From: an uncultured Pseudomonadales bacterium
GTDB lineage: Bacteria; Patescibacteriota; Microgenomatia; UBA1400; PJMF01
Length of the DNA stretch: 64,000 nucleotides
Reading direction: 5' to 3'
Assembly (NCBI GenBank): GCA_964457085.1
Contig: CAYWDM010000006.1
Span: 4,302-68,301, forward strand
Shown here piece after piece: positions 58,356-64,000 of the stretch. A program made the translations under genes and the position numbers. How positions within the stretch are numbered: position 1 is the stretch's first letter; every line of letters begins with the position of its first letter. The notes below the pieces were generated by a model, which worked only from the letters and a program-made list of their open reading frames with translations, made no database searches and had not been told where the DNA came from.

Positions 58356-58611
58356 AAAAAACCTCCCGTTCATTTCTCACCAACACCAGCAAAACCAGTG
58401 GTTGGTAAAAAAGGAACGAGAGGCAATAAAAAAGGACCTCCCGCGGTCCCATCCTTCATTCTCTGAGGTATTTCTCCTCAAAGCTCTCAGGCCGGCTCCG
58501 CACGTGCGACATCGGCTGTTGTATTTAACGGTTCAACTTCCGTAAGACATTTTGGCCTTCAGCTCATGGATCGTGACTCCACTCAAACGCTTTATTGGTA
58601 TTAACTTGTAT
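58356..58611 (-). promoter_or_regulatory. His-specific T-box riboswitch (transcriptional) with terminator
   Basis: T-box AAGGA-UGGGACC-GCGGGAGG pairs with CCUCUCGUUCC (antiterminator); competing terminator CCUCUCGUUC/GAACGGGAGG plus U6; GAACCGUUA element; CAC codon in a short 5' hairpin. Confidence 0.82.
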
Positions 58612-58617
58612 GCGAGT

Positions 58618-58646
58618 ATTTTAATTGAGGAAGTAACAAATGTCAA
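58618..58646 (-). promoter_or_regulatory. sigma70 promoter of the tRNA-His/his operon
   Basis: TTGACA (58646-58641), N17, TAAAAT (58623-58618). Confidence 0.8.
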
Positions 58647-58667
58647 CATGTTAACGCGTTAACATGT
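58646..58667. promoter_or_regulatory. perfect 22-bp palindrome, candidate repressor operator
   Basis: ACATGTTAACGCGTTAACATGT overlapping the -35 hexamer by 1 nt. Confidence 0.7.
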
Positions 58668-58701
58668 ATTTATAGAGGAATATTGATGAATTAATGTAAT
58701 A

Positions 58702-59004
58702 TTATGTGCGCTTCGAATCACCGTACAGTCTCTGCAAAATAATCGAATAGCCATGCCATGATTCTTTATACAGCCACTGAGCCACCCGAGTTACAGTGGT
58801 GGTGCTTGTACCGACTTTCTCTGCAATCTCTAAGTAAGAAAGTTTAGTTGACCACAATAGTTTAGCGATGTGAAAGCGACGAGAAAACTCTTCAATTTCT
58901 GCTGGAGTCAACAAATCACGAAGAAAGCCAGTGACTTCTTTCGGGCCACACAGTGTGGAGATGGCGGCGATGAGTTCTTTGTCAGATTTAGTGGGATAAG
59001 ACAT
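58702..59004 (-). CDS. TrpR-related YerC/YecD family regulator (HisR-like)
   Basis: FLRDLLTPAEI....R..IAK.L....SY.EI....G.ST.TVTRVA.WL. Confidence 0.88.
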   Translation of the reverse strand: MSYPTKSDKELIAAISTLCGPKEVTGFLRDLLTPAEIEEFSRRFHIAKLLWSTKLSYLEIAEKVGTSTTTVTRVAQWLYKESWHGYSIILQRLYGDSKRT

Positions 59005-59020
59005 AGGTGTAGTTTAGCAC

Positions 59021-59476
59021 TCAGATAAAATCTGAATTAATTTTTTTTATGAAAGTAAAAAATGTTTTTAAAATTGCTATTTCTGGATCACTGGGATTTT
59101 TATTCGCTGTGACTATGGTGCTCACCTCAGTTTCACTAATCCAACGATAGGAATCAATTTCACTTTCCTGAATTTTAATATCATCTAATGGTGTGGTCGG
59201 AGTAGCTAAGTAAATATTCTCGATCACCGTTTTGCCATTATAAACATATGTAAAAGAGTCAAACAAATTACCAACCAAAATTTCAAGATTAAGTTCTTCT
59301 CTAATCTCTCTGACCAAACCAGCTTGATCAGTTTCACCTGATTCAATGTGTCCACCGGGCAATTCATAGACTCCGGGAAGAAATGAGGACTGCAATGATC
59401 GTTTGGTCATCAAACACTGATGTGTGTTAGCAACTTTTCGGTAGATCAAGGCACAAGCAGTAGGGATCATTTCCAT
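59021..59476 (-). CDS. NUDIX hydrolase
   Basis: Nudix box PGGHIESGETDQAGLVREIREELNL. Confidence 0.9.
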   Translation of the reverse strand: MEMIPTACALIYRKVANTHQCLMTKRSLQSSFLPGVYELPGGHIESGETDQAGLVREIREELNLEILVGNLFDSFTYVYNGKTVIENIYLATPTTPLDDIKIQESEIDSYRWISETEVSTIVTANKNPSDPEIAILKTFFTFIKKINSDFI

Positions 59477-59486
59477 ATATATCCAG

Positions 59487-60299
59487 TTACTTACTAAACG
59501 CCACATCCAGAATCATCATCACCACGAATCCTAACATGGCACCAATTGTAGAGAAATCACTCTCACCTTCTGTTTGTGATTCTGGAATGATTTGTTCTAT
59601 CGTGACGTAGATCATGGCACCTGCTGCAAATGCCAACGCATAGGGCAAAATCTCTCGCATATTGATGACCAGCAAGGCACCACAAACTGCAGCTATTGGT
59701 TCCACAATAGCGGAAGCTTGACCATACATAAAGCTCTGCCATTTACTTTTGCCTTCTCGACGAAATGGTGTTGAGACAGCAAACCCTTCTGGAAAGTTTT
59801 GGATACCAATGCCGATGGCTAAAGCGATAGCTCCAGCCAAGGTCGCACCTGGTATGCCTGCACCCACAGCTCCAAAAGCCACACCAACTGCCAAACCTTC
59901 TGGAATATTATGTAGCGTAATTGAAGTAAACAGCAAAATAGTCTTATGCCAACTAGTAGGAATTCCTTCTTTTTTTGCCAGAGGCATACCTAAGTGCAAG
60001 TGTGGCACTAGCTTATCTAGCAACCAAAGAAAAGCTCCACCCATAATAAAACCAATTGCCGGCGAAATCCAAGCTTGCTGACCTAACTCATGGCTGAGGC
60101 TGATTGCAGGTTGCAGTAGTGACCAAAAACTAGCGGCCAACATGATCCCTGCAGTAAATCCCAACAAGGCATTAAAAATCTTTTTATTTCCTGAGGGCAA
60201 AATAAAAATGCCGGCTGCACCCAAAGCCGTTAGACCCCAGGTAAAGATAGTGGCCAGCAAGGCCTGAAGAACTGGATTGAGTGTGGAGAAAAAATGCAT
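59487..60299 (-). CDS. ZIP family metal transporter (ZupT/GufA-like)
   Basis: ML.ASFWSLL.P, LHNIPEGLAVGV, IQNFPEG, AFAAGAMIYV. Confidence 0.93.
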   Translation of the reverse strand: MHFFSTLNPVLQALLATIFTWGLTALGAAGIFILPSGNKKIFNALLGFTAGIMLAASFWSLLQPAISLSHELGQQAWISPAIGFIMGGAFLWLLDKLVPHLHLGMPLAKKEGIPTSWHKTILLFTSITLHNIPEGLAVGVAFGAVGAGIPGATLAGAIALAIGIGIQNFPEGFAVSTPFRREGKSKWQSFMYGQASAIVEPIAAVCGALLVINMREILPYALAFAAGAMIYVTIEQIIPESQTEGESDFSTIGAMLGFVVMMILDVAFSK

Positions 60300-60376
60300 T
60301 GTAGCTTTGATTGTAAGCTCAGCAGCCAGGATTGTGATTGGGAAATGAGTACACCAACGAACAGTTTCTAGATGTG

Positions 60377-61234
60377 CTACTCCGCAATCTTTTTCCTCAG
60401 CATTAGGTAGACGCGACCGTGATCGCGTGAAAAAGATGCTATCAGCTCATAGCCATCTTTTTCCCAATTAAAAATGTGATGCTGGGTATTTATGACAAAT
60501 TTTTGTTCGTTTTGATACAGGTCTTGGTACTTTTTTTCTAAAATGGCAAATTCATCTACATCATCGGTACCGTCTTTATTCTGATCACCGCTATCTGCGA
60601 CAGTGAAGTATTTGGTGAACTCCAGTTCACCACCTTTTTGATTCAATAATCCAAATGACTTCTCCTGTTCAGTTAGTAGTGGGTCGGTGGTAAATAGTTC
60701 AGGATAGTCAGCGAAATAACTATTGATCATTTCGTCGTCATAAGTTGGTAGATGCACCTGCACGTATCCTGTATCCATCGAACCGTAGTGAGTTGCAGAG
60801 ACACGATACCTACCGATGGTGCCCTTGACTGTTTCGGGATTGCTGAATTCCTCGATAACTTCTTTTTCGAAGAGATCTTGATAATATTTGAGAAACTCGA
60901 CTTGAGTGGCTTCAGATTCAAAAACCACATTGAAGTAGGCAAAATTAGTGTCGTCGAACATCGACAGATCTTTGGGATTAGTATTGACGAAGATTTTATT
61001 GGAGCTGACTTTCTTAAGTTTATACAATGGGACATCTTTGATTGGATAGCCGTCTAAGAGGAAAGTGTTTTGCTGAGTTTTGGCAGTTGGGTCGGTTTTA
61101 TTGGCTTGACCGGAGGTTTTTTGATCTGTATTTTTTTGGGTAGTCTTGCCCATGCCCAGTCGTGATCCTAGAAAAACTAAGGCGATGAGTATTAAGAAAG
61201 CGATAGCTATTAGTAAGGGTTTTTTATTTTTCAT
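60377..61234 (-). CDS. hypothetical exported/membrane-anchored protein
   Basis: N-terminal KNKK and hydrophobic helix; 285-aa ORF. Confidence 0.75.
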   Translation of the reverse strand: MKNKKPLLIAIAFLILIALVFLGSRLGMGKTTQKNTDQKTSGQANKTDPTAKTQQNTFLLDGYPIKDVPLYKLKKVSSNKIFVNTNPKDLSMFDDTNFAYFNVVFESEATQVEFLKYYQDLFEKEVIEEFSNPETVKGTIGRYRVSATHYGSMDTGYVQVHLPTYDDEMINSYFADYPELFTTDPLLTEQEKSFGLLNQKGGELEFTKYFTVADSGDQNKDGTDDVDEFAILEKKYQDLYQNEQKFVINTQHHIFNWEKDGYELIASFSRDHGRVYLMLRKKIAE

Positions 61235-61343
61235 GGTGGTGATTAGTTAGTTTCTGGATCAGGTAAATCCAAATCAGATCATTATGAAGCTACTCCAGAT
61301 ATAGTAGAAATTATACCCTCAGTCAGTGCAAAATTGCTCACAA

Positions 61344-61495
61344 CTACTCATACCTCAATGCATCAAGTGCACTAATCTTAGTGGCGCGACTTGCGGGATA
61401 AATACCAGTCAAAACACCAACCAATAATGATAATACAAAAATAAAGGTCACAAAGCTCATTGGCAAATATGCCACATCAATAAATCCAAATCCAT
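61344..61495 (-). pseudogene. C-terminal remnant of a MacB/FtsX-family ABC permease
   Basis: Ends in last TM and GIYPASRATKISALDALRYE, typical of MacB-type permeases; only ~50 codons remain; the 5' boundary is approximate. Confidence 0.75.
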
Positions 61496-61609
61496 GGTGA
61501 CACATTTTTTCGGAGTTATCTAGAGGAAATTCTCCATTTTTACAGATCGATTTGAAAACCAAACTTAATATCTCATGTAACCATTTCAGTATATTTTTTG
61601 CTTTTCATA

Positions 61610-61872
61610 TGTGGAAGTGGTGGCCACTTTGCGGCATTAGGCGTGAGCTTCGCTCTCGCCGGCGGGGTCAAATAACTCCCAACCCCAATCAACTCATAAA
61701 AAAATCCCGCCTACAGCGGGTTTTCTTGTACTTGCGGAAGTGGTGGGGTTCACCTTTCCACGCTCATACACAATAAATTAAATTTTCGTATTCGCTTGGC
61801 GAGGTACCTTGCTTTCTCACCCACTCTCATAAGTACAAAAAAGCCCGCCTACAGCGGGTTTTCTTGTACTTG
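61610..61872 (-). repeat. two tandem tRNA-linked cassettes (G1, G2)
   Basis: Exact 46-bp direct repeat at 61844-61889 and 61706-61751 (tRNA 3' end plus terminator hairpin); third degenerate copy ggaagtggtgg at 61613-61623. Confidence 0.88.
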
Positions 61873-61957
61873 CGGAAGTGGTGGGGTTCGAACCCACGAA
61901 GCCCTTTCGAGCTCACGCTTTCCAGGCGTGTGCAATAGACCACTATGCGACACTTCC
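61873..61957 (-). tRNA. tRNA-Ser (GGA)
   Basis: Acceptor GGAAGTG/CACTTCC, anticodon arm cacgc-CT GGA AA-gcgtg, long variable arm, T-loop TTCGAAC. Confidence 0.96.
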
Positions 61958-62110
61958 AATCCAGATACTAACTCATCCACAAACGTCAGCATTGTATCAA
62001 GACAGCCTGCTGGGCACAATTGATGATTATTTATACTAAATCGGTATCTTGAGAGCTAGGAGCGTCTGTTGTCTGAGACTTACCACTGCTTATATCTGCT
62101 GAATTTGTCA

Positions 62111-63256
62111 CTAATGCCCCGCTGTCTTCGGTGTCTCAGACATCTCCGACCTAGAGACTGATTCAGATTCCAACTCAACTTCTTCTTTCGACAGGTCCTG
62201 ATTTAATTTTGGATTGTGCTTAGCCTGTTGTTTCAAAACCTCTGCATCTGGCATACCATACGCTTCGGCCGCGGCACTAGTTGCAGCCTGAGCTTCTGCA
62301 GAATACGTTGCGAAGGCGGACTCTTCATCTGCCTCAGCCATTGCAAGCATTTGATCCTCACTCACTGCCTCTACTGAACTAACATCAAAAACGGGAGCTG
62401 AACCTGTTCCAGTAGCATCCTGATGTCCATAAGTTGGTACTGCAATCGTTTCAGCAACTGCTGCAGCAGTCTCTCGTTGGCGATTGATCTGAACCGTTTC
62501 CTGCATCAGTCGAGCTATCTCTTCGTTTCGCTGAGTTCTAATAGTGTTGCGAACCGCAAGCACAGCTTGAACCACCAGGACTACTGCCACAATCACCCCT
62601 AGTGCAACTATTGCCAATTTTGGATTAGCTAGTACAGCTGTATAAAATTGAACTGCAAATTTCACCACTTCATTGGGGTATTTAAGAAACAGTTCTTGTT
62701 CAGCGGTGGTTTTGTCGAGTTCATCTGCAGCTGCAAGCACTGTATCACTGTCATATTCTGCCACCATGTTGCGTTCTGATCTGGGTTTCATTTTCTCAAA
62801 GACAACTGGCCGCTTTTGAGCATTAACCACAAACACCCAACCTTTACTCGGAAATCCAAGCACCCGCTCATTCTCGGTATTTTGTAAAATTATTTCTGGC
62901 TTACCTGCTTGCTCCAGTTTTTGAGTGTATTCAGCCAAGTGAGCCTGATCAATATAGACTGCGGTGTGCACCACTTGGCCACTCTCCAAATCAACGAAGT
63001 GTGGATACACAAAGTTGCCTGACAAATAGTAGTAAGTCTGTTTCTGGCCTCGTTTATCAACAGATTCTGCACTAGAAATCAGTGGCGGTGGGAATGGTTG
63101 GTTGAGTTGTAGTCCTTCAATTTGAGCAAATAGACCGTTGTTTTGTGCTAAGACCAATGCTGGCTTGAGAACAATAATCACCAAAAAAAACACCCCGATC
63201 ATCGTCAACACCTGACGCCAGTATTTGAGATAGATGTTACCTAGCACAACGCTCAA
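62111..63256 (-). CDS. hypothetical membrane protein (signal peptide, TM, acidic tail); start uncertain
   Basis: 381-aa ORF with two hydrophobic segments and an Ala/Glu-rich C-terminus. Confidence 0.7.
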   Translation of the reverse strand: MSVVLGNIYLKYWRQVLTMIGVFFLVIIVLKPALVLAQNNGLFAQIEGLQLNQPFPPPLISSAESVDKRGQKQTYYYLSGNFVYPHFVDLESGQVVHTAVYIDQAHLAEYTQKLEQAGKPEIILQNTENERVLGFPSKGWVFVVNAQKRPVVFEKMKPRSERNMVAEYDSDTVLAAADELDKTTAEQELFLKYPNEVVKFAVQFYTAVLANPKLAIVALGVIVAVVLVVQAVLAVRNTIRTQRNEEIARLMQETVQINRQRETAAAVAETIAVPTYGHQDATGTGSAPVFDVSSVEAVSEDQMLAMAEADEESAFATYSAEAQAATSAAAEAYGMPDAEVLKQQAKHNPKLNQDLSKEEVELESESVSRSEMSETPKTAGH

Positions 63257-64000
63257 CGCCTTTAAATAGTGATTCCAAGCTACTCATCCAGCGATATTGA
63301 ATCGGGAAAATTTCCTTCATCCTACAGGGCTCTTCTAGATACATAGCCACCGCTTCCGCAAATGCTTCAGAGCAATCTTTTCTGCCAAGGGCACTAACTG
63401 GTTGCTCTTTACCAAAAACATACAACACTCCAACGGAGCTATTCTGCCTTCTACAACCCACAGCCTCACTATATCCAGGAACCACCGCACCTGAAAATCC
63501 ATGTTGCATTGCCCAGACTTTAGCTGCCTCGTGTCTAGCACTGTGAGCAATGGTATTAATAGATGATCCCGAATTACATAGGAATCGCACGAAACCAGAC
63601 TTAGTAGTGGTATCTAATTGACAAGCATTTGCAAGTGACGCTGCAGAAAGATTAAAAATACTAGCCTGTGTAGAACAATCAATTACCAGGTTATTGATGC
63701 CTGAAATTAGATCTACGGCATCATTTAAGCCAGCCAAATACAACCCTGCTTTTTGGACATTACAGCCAACAACACTTACTTTTTGACCATTAAAGAGTTG
63801 CTGCCAACCGCCATTCACACAAATGAACTTTTGCTGTTCACTATTAGTACAGTAACTCCCAGCAGTATTACATGAACTTGAAGTGGAACAGGTGGGAATT
63901 GAGTCAATAGTACAGGCACCATCTTTGCACACTGTCGATGAACTACAATTCTCAGTTTTCCACGACATGCCGTCACTGCTACAAATCTTGCGATTATTTT
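63237..64000 (-). CDS. Cys-rich protein, C-terminal part (5' end outside window), with a degenerate zincin-like domain
   Basis: Frame stays open to 64000; Cys-rich repeats then RHEAAK...SEAFAEAVAMY. Confidence 0.65.
   Translation of the reverse strand, partial: NNRKICSSDGMSWKTENCSSSTVCKDGACTIDSIPTCSTSSSCNTAGSYCTNSEQQKFICVNGGWQQLFNGQKVSVVGCNVQKAGLYLAGLNDAVDLISGINNLVIDCSTQASIFNLSAASLANACQLDTTTKSGFVRFLCNSGSSINTIAHSARHEAAKVWAMQHGFSGAVVPGYSEAVGCRRQNSSVGVLYVFGKEQPVSALGRKDCSEAFAEAVAMYLEEPCRMKEIFPIQYRWMSSLESLFKGVERCAR

Noticed and set aside
58334-58611. Enterobacterial-type his leader-peptide attenuator
   Set aside because: No run of His codons on the operon strand; T-box elements explain the terminator.
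61706-61889. attL/attR of a prophage or genomic island
   Set aside because: Only 92 bp separate the copies, with no integrase or phage genes; the insert is homologous to cassette S2.

Overview
A gene-dense bacterial chromosome segment. Its content suggests a Patescibacteria/CPR (Microgenomates-like) organism (inference: DUF4012 and DUF5673-type proteins, many glycosyltransferases, a lone UvrD-PD-(D/E)XK fusion, an NDT-RHH protein). Housekeeping genes include rpoD (partial), map, dusB, secG, rny, recA, ftsEX with an M23 hydrolase, prfB and purA/purB. It also has many envelope and glycan-modification genes and four tRNAs (Pro-GGG, Ser-TGA, His-GTG, Ser-GGA). The main observations are: (1) five related ~125-165 bp non-coding cassettes directly downstream of three tRNA genes, each ending in a partial copy of its own tRNA 3' end and sharing covarying hairpins; (2) a complete histidine operon with a tRNA-His gene as first cistron, a His-specific T-box-like riboswitch with an apparently ultrashort stem I, a perfect 22-bp palindrome at the promoter next to a TrpR/YerC-type regulator gene, and a HisC-HAD phosphatase fusion; (3) a ~430-nt multi-hairpin leader RNA before a GC-rich orphan membrane gene; (4) a 6S-RNA-like element before rny; (5) widespread leaderless gene architecture. 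All calls come from reading the sequence by eye, with no database searches or folding programs.
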